Below the pieces are notes generated by a model, which had not been told where the DNA came from, did no database searches, and was given only the letters and a program-made list of their open reading frames with translations. From Eledone cirrhosa (taxonomy: Eukaryota): a DNA stretch of 64,000 nt. Positions 1-13,808 of the stretch are shown here, in pieces. The DNA lies in contig OZ024754.1 in NCBI GenBank assembly GCA_964016885.1, forward strand, positions 18,042,001 to 18,106,000. The letters run 5' to 3'. The translations under genes were made by a program, and so were the position numbers. Numbering within the stretch: position 1 is the stretch's first letter; the number at the start of each line of letters is the position of its first letter.

Positions 1-300
1 TCTACAAGATTTTGATATTTATATTGAGAACAATATGTTAATGTCGGTATGAGCAGCCAGTTACAGCCGGTTTAAATGCTAAAGGGTTAAAGCCCCCAAC
101 CTAATGACAGATACCATTTCAACAGAGCTGGTAAAATATAGATGTTTCTCTGAGTAGGAACATCAATCAACTTATATATAGTCGCTTCGCTAGTAATTTA
201 AGTAAATAGCTGTCTAATAATTGCCGATACATACAAAATAACACCCTCTATTAGTTGATCTTTGCTAGATCAATAAGCAAATATTAATAAATGATGAGAT

Positions 301-636
301 ACATTGAGAAGGATTATGTAATCTGGCAGACAATCAGATCAACAATTTTTACCTACAGTATATATTACAATGAGAACGATTATGTAATTCTGCCAGATGA
401 CCAGATCAACAATTTTTACCTACAGTAAATATGACAATGAGAAGGATTATGTAATCTGCCAGGCGATCAGATCAACAGTTTTTACCTACTGTATATATTA
501 CAATGAGAACAATTATGTAATTCTGCCAGATGACCAGATCAACAATTTTTACCTACAGTAAATATGACAATGAGAAGGATTATGTAATCTGCCAGGCGAT
601 CAGATCAACAGTTTTTAGCTACTGTATATATTACAA
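301..636. repeat. 60/61-bp minisatellite, about 5.5 units, alternating two variants
   Basis: ACAATGAGAA(G/C)GATTATGTAAT...GATCAACAATTTTTACCTACAGTA repeated; 121-bp dimer period. Confidence 0.9.
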
Positions 637-917
637 TTTATTAATTCATTTACTGTCAATAATCAGCCAGAGCATCAATATTTCAGTATGAAAAGTGTTC
701 AAAGAAAGCATCGGTTTAAATCATATGCAAAACAAATGAGACAATTTCCAGGAAAATATCCTCCCAGGAATCAGGTATAGCTAAATCAATCAATAGTGTT
801 TAATACATAATTAGGACTGTGTTGATCATCTACTCGACAATGTGAATAGTAAGTCACTTCTATTAATGACAACCAAAATCTAAATTCCAGAATAAAAATG
901 AAGAAATATTTCCTTAC

Positions 918-1060
918 CATGAACAAAATGTTTAAATGCCAAGCACAAAGTCCTCAGACCATAATTAGCCATTGGTTCAATAACATTTGCTACCATATCT
1001 TCTTGGTCTTGAAGAGAAAAAGGTTTAGGAACTCCATCATGTCCAAGAATGAAGTCACAC
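918..1060 (-). CDS. ATP2B: PMCA exon: N domain (GLRT motif); gene continues beyond the window start
   Basis: (K)CDFILGHDGVPKPFSLQDQEDMVANVIEPMANYGLRTLCLAFKHFVH; AAG acceptor after a T-rich tract, GTAAGG donor; 143 nt, phase 2-1. Confidence 0.95.
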
Positions 1061-1223
1061 CTTGTAAGAAAATAAAAAAAAAGATTTTATCAATGAGATT
1101 GTTAGATTTTAACAAGTTTTACTTAAGTTAGTTCATGCATTAATTGGATCAGATCAAATGGATGTCAAAATGGATGTTAAATGATGATGATATATATATA
1201 TGTGTATAAAGCAATTTCCTTAC

Positions 1224-1462
1224 TTCTTCAAGACAATTTCAGATGCTCCTTTAGTGTATAACCGAAATCCATCTTCAATTTTTAATACCGTGCTCATAGA
1301 TTTTCGAACAGAATTGAAGGTGTATATTTTATAGATTTTATCGACTGGAGTTTCTTCCCGCAAGGCATCGTAATCTTGTCCCAAATCCAGTACAAAACCT
1401 AAAAGTGCACATTCTGTCTTATTACCGATCTGCGTTGGTAGCGTTGAGCTATCTTTACTTAG
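1224..1462 (-). CDS. ATP2B: PMCA exon: nucleotide-binding domain
   Basis: [31 protein letters not shown]...[33 protein letters not shown]; CAG/GTAAGG; 239 nt, phase 0-2. Missing from the ORF track. Confidence 0.96.
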
Positions 1463-2404
1463 CTGAAGAAAGAAATAAAATCAATAGAAATGAGTATAAA
1501 CCAAATACATATACTTGAAAAGTTTTAATACACCTCAAACTTCATTTAATATGTCAGTATAACCACAAGCCATTTCCCCCTTAGAAAAATTGTTTTCAAG
1601 TGTTCATGTTTAAATGCAAACCGTCCATTACAATTTTTTGTTAAAAATCTTTTTTTTAAAAAGATTATGTTCTTAACACCAACTTAACAAGAAATCCCTC
1701 CAAATTTCTGATTATATAAACAATTATTTGAAAATCATAGACAGAAATAGGGTAACACATGAGTTAAACATATCTGCTCACAAATATAAGTGATTGAAAA
1801 CTTAACTAGTAGTTAAGATTAAAAAAATGGGAATTTCATTATGAAAAGTGTTGAGCATCAGTGATGTGGAGGCAGTTCAATTACAACAGTTTAGGATACA
1901 GTAGTGTTTCTGAAATATTTTAGCCATGTCTTATCCAATAAATACACAACCTCACCTCATATAAATAAATCAATATGAAAATAATCATTGGCTGACATAA
2001 CTTTTTTATCATTGATTTATTAACTTATATTTATTAACCTATATAGGTGTGAGCTGGCTTCCTACAAGACTGCATCACATAGAAGGTTTCACAGATGTTT
2101 TAATGATAGGGTCCCTAGTGATTTTGTTACAGCTCACACCATGCTGGTTTAGCTTATTTCCCATAGGAGGTTTCTCGGGTATTTTAATGACAAGGGGCTC
2201 AGTATTGTTGCTATAACTCATATTTATGCTGGTTTAGCCGACCTCTTATGAGGTTATATCTAGATATTCTGCTGAATCAATGGAAAGAAGGTGTTTATGA
2301 CTACATGGCATCTAAAACCCTTAGTGAAGACTAAGTCATACTTGATTGTTAGTGGTGGTGGAAGTATGCTTGTATTAAGCAGTGGTAGTTTGTAACACAT
2401 GGTA

Positions 2405-2724
2405 CAGAGTACCCTCGGCATTCGCGGTCCTGGTTATTTGCAGAATTTTCCTTAGAACCTAACTAATAATTATTTGTGGGAACCACCGCATATTCACGGA
2501 ATTGTAAATATCTTCCGCGATTTTTTATAGCTTTTTCCATGGCAATATATATTTCTTTTTAACGCTATATTATCAACAACAATATACCATATTTGCCGGT
2601 CTATATTTTACATTATATTTCAACATTTACAGTCATTTTTATGGACCACTTCCAATATTCCCAGTTGTTCACTCTGTGCAGGTGCTCTAGGAAAGTAACC
2701 TCCGTGAATACTGGGGGAGAACTG
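2405..2724. mobile_element. Tc1/mariner (pogo/Tigger-like) MITE inserted in a ~70-bp tandem repeat
   Basis: TA|CAGAGTACCCTCGGCATTCGCGG ... CCGTGAATACTGGGGGAGAACTG|TA: imperfect 23-bp TIRs and TA TSD; host repeat resumes on both sides (2334-2404, 2725-2880). Confidence 0.75.
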
Positions 2725-3503
2725 TATACACTACCAAGTCATACTTGATTGTTAGTGAAAGTGGTGTTAGTATGACTGTATTAAGCAGTGGTAGTTTTTA
2801 ACACATGGTATATACTACCAACTCATACTTGATTGTTAGTAGTGGTGCTAGTATGCTTGTATGAATCAATGGTAGTTTTCATCAACATAAATATCATTCT
2901 GCTTGACATATTAAAATCCTTCTGCTTCCATTACAAGTTTGTTGCTTAGCAACTCCAAGAAAATATAGCAGAATTGGTTTTGTGTGTGTATGTCTGATCT
3001 AGCTAAATTTGGACTACTCTACAAAATGCCAATTGTTTTCTATTTCAGTTAATTTTCAATGATCTTGAAGTATTCTGGTGAAAAATATCAAATTGTTATT
3101 ACATACTTTATATATCTTGATTCCATTTAACCCTTTTGTAACCATATTGCTAAACAAGAATAGACACCTCTTTAACCACACAGCTATACCTGTATTTCTT
3201 TAACCACACAGCCATACCTACACCACAACCATCATCATACCTATACATCTTTAACCACATCCATACCTATACCACCTCAACCACACAGCCATGCATACAC
3301 CAGTTTAACCACAGCCATACCTATATTACCATAACCACATAGTCATGTATGCACCTCTATGGCAACACAGCATCTTAACCACATAGCCATATCTGTACCT
3401 CTTTAGCCATACAGCCATGGAATACAATAAAGTAAAAAGAAGGTGTCTGAACAAATACAAATATATGAACAACAGAAAAGAAATCAATATATAAAATACT
3501 TAC

Positions 3504-3610
3504 TATAACTTTAGATGTATATCCACTGTTGATAGCAATGGTATGTATCAAAAGAGTGCTTATTGCTGGGCTTATATCATTATAATTTGGTGTTTGTTTG
3601 TAATGAATGC
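3504..3610 (-). CDS. ATP2B: PMCA exon: start of N domain
   Basis: (C)IHYKQTPNYNDISPAISTLLIHTIAINSGYTSKVI, matching the PMCA I.INS.YTS.I motif; TAG/GTAAGT; 107 nt, phase 1-0. Confidence 0.93.
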
Positions 3611-4254
3611 CTAAAGAAGATAGAATATAATATTTTAATCTATATACAATACTTTCAGACAATTCTGTAAAAATAAAGAAATAAAGTCATTTTTGAAAGA
3701 TGGTGTTAAATAATAACAATCTATAGATGAGTTAAGATATTTAACTAGCTGATCAGAGATTCTAACTTTAAACTCTCTTGACATTTTCTCATGTTTCTTA
3801 GCAAAACTCTTAACTTTCTATTGCTTCAGTAACCTATTAGTCAGAAAGAGGTACCAATTCTCTGAGAAATATTTTCTATTGCTTCAGTTGACCTAGTAGC
3901 CAGAAAGAGGTACATAGTAGAATAACATAGGAACAAGGTGGAAAAGCCCTCAGTCCATCCTGTAAAGAGTTAATGCCAGAGTCACTATAAAATGCTCTAA
4001 GTACACACTATTAAGGGGTTGGCATTAGGAAGAGCATCTGGCCATAGAAACCAAGCCAAAATGGAGCCTATGAGCAGGATGTGGTCACCTGTCCAGTCTA
4101 GGCTCAGTCCGTGGCAAACCATCAAACCAATAAAAGCATGGACAATAGAAGTTAAAATGATGATAAATGAAATGCTTGCAGTGGAATTTTAACTTCAGGT
4201 CCTTAAGTAGAGGATATGTTATCCACTGAGCCTCTTCTTGGTTATTTCTTCTCA

Positions 4255-4482
<228 letters not shown>

Positions 4483-4806
4483 CTAAAATAAAATAAAATA
4501 ATAAATCATTAGAAAATATCATGAACGACATTTTATTGTGGCGTTTAAAGAATCGACTATGCTGTGTCAAAATCATTCTAAAATTTTTTTTATTTAGAAT
4601 TCATGGAACACACATACAAGAAAGGAGGGTAAATGTTCTAAATGTTTGTAAAATACTTTCAATCATAGCGGAAATCAGCATTAGTAAAACATGCGTGAGA
4701 ATGAGAAAATTAAAAATGAGGCTAAGTTAACTGAGTGGTAGCTATCAATAGAAAATACAGCTGCAGAGTAATTCATAACTCAAATAAGATAACATAAGTT
4801 ATCTCC

Positions 4807-4857
<51 letters not shown>

Positions 4858-5451
4858 TGTTAGGGGACAGTCTGCTATCGATATAACACCTTATTTGTAG
4901 GCTGTCCCGGAATCGGATTTTCCATTTTCTATATCTTATCTTCCATAATATATTTGGGTTGAATGTGAACTGTTGCATGGTTCTGCAGATGACACCTGAT
5001 GAGATCGCTTTGTGTTGCATCATAGTCAGATGACGGAGCTTGGCCATCGAAATATGTATAATTATTTCAGGGAATTAAAATTCTAAAGCAAATTTTCCAG
5101 TCCAGCCTTTTGTAATGAGTATATATATCTATATATATATGTGTGTACATAGCTCACAAAAACAAGATAGTGTAGGACAGAACAAAGGAGAGACACAAAA
5201 TGTGATGAAAGAGCTTCAACAATAAACAAATAAACAACCGACCTGTTATTAAACCAACCAACTGGAAATTTGTAATAAATTGAACTGAAAACCAACAGGT
5301 GCATGTGTTTTTGTTGGCAGCATGACCATCGAAAGAATAACAATATCTGTTTCAACACATGTTTTCAGGTAAGAAATCAAATACAAAAATGAAGTATATA
5401 TATATATATATATACACACACACATTATATATATATATATATATATATATA

Positions 5452-7225
5452 TGACCAGGTAAAACTAGATGAGATGCAGTTTGGGTTTGTGCCAGGAAAA
5501 AGCACCACTGATGCTCTTTTCCTTGTGAGGCAGTTAAACAGGAAAAGCACCTAGCTAAAAGTAAGCCCTCTACCTGGCATTTGTCGATCTGGAAAAAGCC
5601 TTCAACAGTGCCCCGTGCTATAATCTGGTGGGTTCTTAGAAAACTAGGAGTAGATGAATAGCTTGTGAAAGCTGTACAAGCCATGTATAGAGGAGCAGTC
5701 AGCAAAGTTAAGGTTAGCAATGACTATAGCGAGGAATTTAGCATACAGGTTGGTGTCCACCAGGGCTCTGTTCTTAACCCTCTCCTGTTTATTATAGCAT
5801 TGCAGACTATAACAGAGGAGTTTAAGACCGGATTCCCATGGGAACTTCTGTATGTGGATGATCTTACACTTATAGCTGAATCTATGGCAAAACTAAAGAA
5901 GAAATTCCAAACATGGAAGCAGAGGCTAGAAAGAAGGGGGTCTCAAATTCAACCTGACAAAGACTAAGCTCCTCTTAAGTACATGAGAAAACAGAACCCA
6001 GATCCCCTCAGGGGAATGGCCTTGCTCAGTATGTAGGAAAGGTGTAGGTAGGAATTCCATCCTCTGCCCCAAATGCAAACTATGGGTACACAAGAGATGT
6101 AGTGGGATCTTAAGAAGCTTAGTTAAGAATGTAGGCTTTACATGTAGCAGTTGCACCAGGACAGCAAGCAGCAAACGGCCACAGGAAACAAGCACCACCA
6201 AACTCTGGGAGGGCTCTGTAGAAACAGTAGACAGCTTCTGCTACCTAGGTGACCGAATTAGCAGCGGAGGTGGGTGCTCGGAAATTACAATAATTAGGGT
6301 AAGAATGGGATGGAAGAAGTTCAGGGAGCTACTGCCACTGCTAGCTGCAAAAGGCTTTTCCCTCAAAATGAAAGGCAGACTGTATGATGCGTGCATCATC
6401 ATCATCATCACCATTTTACGTCCGTTCTTCCATGCTAGCATGGGTTAGATGGGTTGTCCTGTTGTGGGCAGTGTCTGGTTGGCTGACCATGCCTTGCTCA
6501 TACAGGAACTGATTTTGGCTTGATTTCTACAGCCGGATGCCCTTCCTAACACCAACCTCATTTACAGTGAGTGCTGGGTGCTTTTTTCCGTGGCGTCTAC
6601 ATGTCCACTTTACAGTGTGGGCTGGGTGCTTTTTTGCCGTGGCACCTCCACGACCACCTTGCAGTGGGAGGGTGTGGGGGCATACGAACAACAATGTTAC
6701 ATGGTAGTGAGGCCTGGGAACTGTGTGTAGAAGACTTGCGTAGATTAGAGAGAAACGAAGCCTGCATGCTCCGATGGATGTGTAATAGTAATATACATGA
6801 ACGGCAAAGCAAAAACGAATTGAGAGAGAGACTGAGCATAAGAGGAATCAAATGCTGTGTGCAGGAGAGGAGATTGCATTGGTATGGACATGTGATGCGT
6901 ATGAAGGATGACAGCTGCATAAAAAGGTGCAGAGCACAAGAAGTCGAAGGAAGCCGCGGAGTGAAGAGATCCAAGAAGACCAGGGATGAGGTGATAAAAG
7001 CCGACCTTACAAAGGCAATGACACAAGACTGTGACCTCTGGTATCACGCAGTAAAACAAAAGACCTGACTTCCCACAGGTACAAGCCGAAGCTGAAGCAT
7101 ATAGACAATATGCCCCCACCCCCTCCCACGACAAAAAAGCACCCAGTCTACTCTGTAAAGTGGTCGTGTTGGTGCCACAGTAAAAAAGCACCCAGTACTC
7201 ACTGTCAATGAGGTTGGAGAACAAA
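5452..7225 (+). mobile_element. RTE-clade LINE fragment (RT domain to 3' UTR), frameshifted, interrupted by an inverted 3'-tail piece at about 6395-6680
   Basis: [47 protein letters not shown] motifs. Confidence 0.9.
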
Positions 7226-7639
7226 GTGGAGGCGTTATATATGAGATTTATTGCTTAACCCGGTTACAAAAGTTTCTCAAGCAGCCGGCTTGTGATCTGG
7301 GTTGGCACCCCAGACCAGACGCCGAGTTTACCTGATCTACAAACCAGTGTTAGCACAACAAAAATCACATCAAATCTGTGGACGAACCAGCCAGACACAA
7401 ACAAGTATATAGAATGACCAAACATGGGCCTAGAATTCAATGGACGCACTTATCCTGAGCAATACAAGAAAAAACCGTTATAAACAAAAGCAAAAACAAA
7501 ATTAACGGATATAAATAAATAAATATATCACACCCTTGCAAGCAGGGAAAAGTGGATGATAATGATGATGATGATCCACATATACAGGATCACACACATG
7601 CATAAAATACCTTCTGCATATAAATATATATATATATAT

Positions 7640-8183
7640 TGCGTTGGAATGGACATGTGATGTGTATGAAGGACAACAGCTGTATAAAAAAAAGTGCAGA
7701 ACGATCTAAATTGATGGAAGCTATGGAGTGAGTAAACCGAGAAAAACCTGGGCGAGGTAATAAAAACTGACCTTGCACACTTACACCTCTCTAAGGCAAT
7801 GTCACTGGATCAAGATCTTTGGCGCTATGCAGTTATACAGAAAACGCGTCTTCCCTTACATACAAATTTAAATCTACAGTCAGTAGACCCCACCCCACCA
7901 CTTCCGTCCAGTGTAAAGTCGTTGTGTAGGTGACACGATGAAAAGCACCTAGTCCATACTGTAATGCGATCATGTAGAATCATGGTAAAAAGGCTCCCAG
8001 TCCACACTGTAAATGTGGTTGGTGTTAGGAAGGGCATCCAGCCGTAGAAAACCTGCTAGAAACAGTTCTGTACGAGCGAGTCACAGTCACCTGACCAATC
8101 TTACCTCAAGTTGGATGAACCTGTTCAACCCATGCTAGCGTGGAAGATGGACATTAAACGATGATGATGATCATGATGATGAT
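7640..8183 (+). mobile_element. RTE LINE 3' fragment
   Basis: LRWNGHVMCM motif, shared 3' UTR and (ATG)n tail. Confidence 0.8.
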
Positions 8184-8204
8184 ATATGTGCGTGTGTGTT
8201 AAGT

Positions 8205-9960
8205 ATTTCCGAAGAAAAGGTAAAGGAAAGAAGAGTGCTCTCCCTTTCTCTGGTTCGTCATTTCACCTGGAGTTACCCCCCCTCCCTCGTCCACCACACC
8301 CACGGTTTTCCTTTCCCCATCACCTAATACCCGCCCCCCAACGAATCATCCTTCGCCCCACCCCCAGTTCCCTTCCCTGTTCCAGACCCCGCTGCCACAT
8401 ATTACCAACACCACCACCTTCCAGGTACCCAACGGCCATCTCTCTGTCCGGCATTCTTTTTGCTGCACCTCCTCCAGCTTTGTCTAAGGACTCTGCTGCA
8501 CGCACCATCTTCCTATTACAGACTTGCACCCACCCCCGGTTTGAACTCCCCACCACTCTGCCTTTAGACTTCGACTGACTCCCCTTACCCCTCCTCCTAC
8601 TAACACCACTAACCTCCATCCACATTTGACCACCCCACTAATAATACTACTAAATACTGCCCCATCCTCCTTCCCCCTTACAAGCACTCACACCCCAGTA
8701 TTTATACACTCACTCACACATATGTACACATGCACCTTCCAACCCCTACAAACCTCCACTTACACACCCACACTACTACTAAACACCCTAAACACACACA
8801 CCAACCTCACCTTCGGCATACTTAACCCCACACACATGCCACTCTCACCCACACAGACCTGTCTACACAGCTACTACCCTCCGACAGACAGCCATATTAC
8901 TAGCCTCTTACTCACCAGTCTGTTCTGCCGGTTCCACCTCCTCCCCACTTCTCACACATTTCCCTGCCATCTTCATCTTCTCCTCCCACTATTTTGACTC
9001 CATGATCTTAAACCACTTCCTGTTGTGCACACCCTATAACATTTCACTTCCTCCTCGCCATTTTTTTTTATTCTGCCACAATGAATCTATCACTTGGATA
9101 TCGATGTGATTTTAGATCTGGATCTTCACCATCCACATACACACACACTGACATCCATTCAGAAACTTAGACACAGACACTTGCACCATTTTTGCACACA
9201 TGCAACTACACATTTCACACGAACCTACATCACCTAGACACACCCACATCACCTACAGACACGCCCACACCACCTACAGACACGCCCACACCACCTACAG
9301 ACACGCCCACACCGCCTACAGACACACCCACATCACCTACATACACGCCCACATCACCTACAGACATACCCACACTATTCTCTCTTAACCACACAAACAC
9401 GTGCACATCTTCACATACACCCACACTCCATCCCATCCATACACCCATACAGGGACTATATATACACAGACACACTCCACTCCAACACACACAATGGTTT
9501 TTCAAAACCCATATTCACATACACTCGCTTCCTCCCAGACTCTCACACTTACATCCACACATACACACACCTCACCTTCTACCATCCCAGCTCGTCTCCA
9601 ACTACCCCCCCCTGTCTCCAACTACGCCCCCCTCTCTCTAACCCTCCATAGACCCCTTTCACTTTTTAATATTGTTTTTTTTTTATTTTGTGTTTTCTTT
9701 ATATATTCTGTTTAATTCTGTTTCTATTTATTTTGACTTCATGTTTTTTATTTATTTTTATTTCTATTTTTCCCATCCTTCCATGTGTTTCCCGCTAACT
9801 CCTCCTTCACTTGCTCTCAGAGTTCCTTGCCCCTCCCCACTCTCCTGATGAAGGACTTATGTCCAAAACTTGTAAACAACACTCCTCCCATTCTCACAAA
9901 GCGTGAAGCTAATAATACCATGTAACATTTACTTTTGCGTTTTCTTGTTTATTGTTATTT
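8205..9960 (+). mobile_element. C/A-rich Penelope-like 3' region/pseudo-LTR with decayed hammerhead
   Basis: 9390-9945 is homologous to the reverse complement of 22190-22630; both carry CTGATGAAGG(A/G)CTTATG(T/C)CC-AAAAC; 21-bp tandem repeat at 9236-9375. Left boundary uncertain. Confidence 0.5.
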
Positions 9961-9965
9961 CGAAC

Positions 9966-10004
<39 letters not shown>

Positions 10005-10006
<2 letters not shown>

Positions 10007-10334
10007 GACCCAGCATGAATGTGTTGAGAGAGAAACTGTGTCTGAGAGGGATAGAATGTAGTGTATGAGAGAGGCGACTGAGGTGGTATGGACATGTGAT
10101 GCGCATGGAGGATAACCGATGGGTGAAGAAGTGCCAGGAAATGCCAGTTGAAGGAAGACGTGGTAGAGGTAGACCACGAAAAACATGGGTGGAGGTGGTG
10201 AGAACAGACCTCAGATTGCTGGTGCTCACGGTGGAGATGACGAAGGACCGTGACGAGTGGAGAGATGCTGTGCTGAATAAGACCCGTCCCACCCTTGCAA
10301 GCAGGGAGGAGCGGACGTAAAATGATGATGATGA
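10005..10334 (+). mobile_element. RTE LINE 3' fragment (short-UTR subfamily)
   Basis: [21 protein letters not shown]...GRGRPRKTW; (ATG)n tail; flanked by (TA)n. Confidence 0.9.
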
Positions 10335-10346
10335 TATATATATATA

Positions 10347-11174
10347 TCTAAAAATGAAAGGTAGGCTGTATGATGCCTGCATACGAACAGCAATGTTACA
10401 TGGCAGTGAGACCTGGGCATTGTGTGCAGAGGATATACACAGACTGGAGAGGAACGAAGCTTGCATGCTCCGCTGGATGTGTAATAGTAATATACGTGAA
10501 CGGCAAAGCATAAACGAACTAAGGGAAAAATTAGAAATAAGAGGGATCAGATGTTGTTTACTCAAGAGAAGACTACGTTGGTACGGTCACGTGATGCGCA
10601 TGAAAGACGACAGCTGTATAAAAAAGTGCAGGGCAATAAAAATAGACGGTTGCCACGGAGTAGGCAGACTCAGAAAAACCTGGGACGACTTGATAAATTC
10701 CGACCTCACACACTTACACCTCTCCAAGACAATGTCACTGGACCGAGATATTTGGCGCTACACAGTAATAGAGAAGACCCGCATTGCCTAAGTACAAAGT
10801 GAAACCTACTACAGTCAGTCGGCACTTCAAACAAAAATACACCCCCGTCCCACTACCCCCCACCCCTTTCAATGTAAAGTTATGTTGGTACCACAACATC
10901 CAGTTCGAAACAAATGAGGTCGTGTAGGTGTTACGACAAAAAAACACACAGTCCACGCTGTAATGTGGCCGTGTAGGTAACACGGTAAAAACCTCCCAGT
11001 CCACACTGTAAACGTGGTTGGTGTTAGGAAGGGCATCCAGCTGTAGAAAACCCGCTAGACAGTCCTATGCGAGCAAGACAACCACTCTTGCCTCAAGTGG
11101 GAAAACTCCCGTCCAAACCCATGCAAGTGTGGAAGATGGACGTTAAACGATGATGATGATGATGATGATGATGA
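10347..11174 (+). mobile_element. RTE LINE 3' fragment (long-UTR subfamily)
   Basis: KGRLYDACIRTAMLHGSETW...[12 protein letters not shown]; ends in (GAT)n. Confidence 0.9.
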
Positions 11175-11232
11175 TATATATATATAAGAGAGTGTTGAAG
11201 TTTGCTTGAAGGATTGTGGAATAATAAAAATT

Positions 11233-12107
11233 GTAGTTTTGGAAGCCTCAACAATGCAGATGGGTAAATCTCCGAGTAACAGAATCAGGTGGTATTGAGA
11301 GAGAGATGTAAGAGGAAGTGTAGAAAGAGACATAGAGAGCGTAAAGGAACGTAGGAAAAGTGTAAAAAATAATAACGTGAAATAGAGTTACTTTGGAAGT
11401 GATTTAATTGTCCCTATAATTCGGATTTTGTATCCATCAACTGGGGATTTTCCAAGGGGAAAAAGTTTTGTCGGAGAGGGACAACACGTGGCCTCTGATG
11501 TTTACTGTGTGTGTACAACTGAACGACTCTATCAGGCGCATGTGCCCACAGAATAGCTGCAGTCAGACAAAGTTTGAGGCTGTTCTTCTATACTAGAGTA
11601 GTGGGGTGTCAATGTGTACACATCTTCGCTGTCAATTCCTTACATTCGGTCTGTGATAGTGGGGGTCACTGGCAGGCATGGTGTTGGTAGTCTGCCTGCT
11701 TGTTATCTGTCAGTCGGTGGGCAGGATATACACACAATAACAATCGCTCGGTTGTCACTGTGTATGTTGTTGCTGTTCCATTTGTTAACACCAGCCATCT
11801 TGTCTCACTTCTCTCGGATCAATTATTGATTTTCTGTCTGAGGCGTTTGATCCAGAGTGCCTCCTTGATCCAAGGATCTTCCCCTCGGAAAACCCACAGT
11901 TGATGGATGCAAAATCCGAAATATAGGGACAATTAAATCACTTCCAAGGTAACTCTATCTCGTGTTATTATTTTTTACACTTTTCCTACGTTCCTTTACG
12001 CTCTCTACCTCTCTTTCTACACTTCCTCTTACCTCTCTCTCTCATTACCACCTGATTCTGTTACCCGGAGATTTACCCATCTGCATTGTTGAGGCTTCCA
12101 AAACTAC
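11233..12107. repeat. Inverted repeat, ~230-bp arms, ~415-bp spacer
   Basis: 11233-11462 is the reverse complement of 11879-12107 (shared pseudo-translation SLSTLPLTSLS.YHLILL). Confidence 0.9.
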
Positions 12108-12717
12108 CATTTATATATATATAATTGATTTTTTTGATTTTTTGCTGTGACCTGTTCTTTCTTTCTCTCCATTTCTCTCTCTCCCTCTCACTATTACTCT
12201 CTGCTCCCCTACTACTCCCGTTTTCTCTCATCTTGGCCTCTTTTTGCCTACACCCGCCGAGGTTAGACGTGTTTTCTTCGCTCTCACTGTCAACAAAAGC
12301 CTCAGACTTACGTTCAGTAGCTGTTTTTGACTGTCTCCCGGTTACTGACATACATGGGCTTCTCCTCATGTTCGCCCTTTTTCTGTATGTTCTTTGCGTT
12401 TTTCCCCCTTTTTTCCACTCTGTTTAATTTTTTACTTTCTCTCTCCTTTTTATCCCCAATAACTTCCACAAGTTATTGACGCACTGGAGTTAGACATATT
12501 GTCTTTAATGCGTTTAAATGTCCGTGATCTCCAGTAGACAACTGAAGAAGTTATTGTTCCTCATCCGTGCTTTCCTTTTATTTTTAAATATATAATAAGG
12601 GTTTAGAACGATATCCAGTGATTTCAATCTAGTTGTTTACAATTTGCTCAACAAATTCCTTTGGAGCACATGCATATATATATATCCAGAGTGCATTTTA
12701 CCATTACCATTACAAGG

Positions 12718-12802
12718 GGTCTGATGAGCCGCAGATTACAGAGTCGGGCCAGATCGATACAGATCAAACCTTGAGCTGATCAGTGGCGAAACGCGCGTCA
12801 CC
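12718..12802 (+). ncRNA. Type I minimal hammerhead ribozyme
   Basis: ggt-CTGATGA-gccgc...gtggc-GAAA-cgcgcg-TC-acc; palindromic stem III, GUC cleavage triplet. Confidence 0.8.
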
Positions 12803-13072
12803 AACCAATAAACGTAATGAAGGAGTAACCAATCGGCCTTGTTATTTTATTTCACTATTTTTATATATATATATATATATATAGTGAAATAAATATAGGA
12901 TACACCATCAGAGACGAGCTTGCATATTGAAGCATTACTAAAGAACTTTCGATTTCAGAGTCAGGTTCAATCACCAATAGATCCTTCCTCGAGATGATCA
13001 ACAGTGAAACATATGTAATATGTTATCAAATATGTTATGATGCAACACTGATTCTTTGTTCCTTTATTCTTA

Positions 13073-13107
<35 letters not shown>

Positions 13108-13200
13108 TCATTTCATTTCATTTTACGTCCGCTTCTCCCTGCTTGCAAGGGTGGGACGGGAACTGATTCTGGCTTGATTTCTACAGCTGGATGCCCTTGG

Positions 13201-13241
<41 letters not shown>

Positions 13242-13507
13242 GTGTGATAGTTTGCTTGAAACATTGTGGAATATAAAAATGAAAAGTGGGTATGTTTAAA
13301 AAACCTTACAATGCAAATATATATATATATATGGTTGGCATCCAGCTGTAGGAAACCAACCAGAAACAGTCCTATATGAGCGAGACAGTCACCTAACCCA
13401 ACTTGCCTCTAAATGGGACAAACCTGTGTAACCCATGCTAGCGTGGAAGATGGATGTTAAATGATGATGATGATGATGATATATTATAGATAAAAACAAA
13501 AACTTAC

Positions 13508-13722
13508 CCTAACAGAGTAAGCCAGAGCTAAAGTGACTGCCAGAGGTAAACCCTCTGGAACTGCAACAACTAGAACAGTAACACCAATAATAAAGTATTT
13601 AACAAAAAGTTCTAGATATATTGTAGTTTTGTCACTACTCCAGACTTGTTTCTTAACTGCAAACTCATTAATACAAAATTTCATGACAAGAATAACAACA
13701 GTCAAAACAGCAATTGCTGTGC
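13508..13722 (-). CDS. ATP2B: PMCA exon: TM3-TM4 with PEGL motif
   Basis: GTAIAVLTVVILVMKFCINEF...FIIGVTVLVVAVPEGLPLAVTLALAYSVR; CAG/GTAAGT boundaries; 215 nt, phase 1-0. Confidence 0.97.
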
Positions 13723-13808
13723 CTGGAAAAAACAAGAAAAGAAAATACAGTTTTTAGTGGTTATAAATCCCAGTATTTAAGGATATAAAAATTTACATAT
13801 ATATATAT

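Noticed and set aside
898-1131. + strand ORFs overlapping PMCA exons (898-1131, 13533-13757, 14996-15250)
   Set aside because: Antisense shadows of the real minus-strand exons.
4992-5062. CTGATGA-gat...atc-GAAA hammerhead
   Set aside because: Core present but no stem I pairing; counted only as a decayed motif.
8186-9715. Pro/Thr/His-rich ORFs (mucin- or extensin-like)
   Set aside because: Arise from C/A-rich low-complexity repeat sequence and a 21-bp tandem repeat; no splice or codon support.
11880-11930. Hammerhead-like tccc...ggat/atcc-GAAA-tata-ggga
   Set aside because: CTGANGA core absent (ctcggaa); at best a relic.
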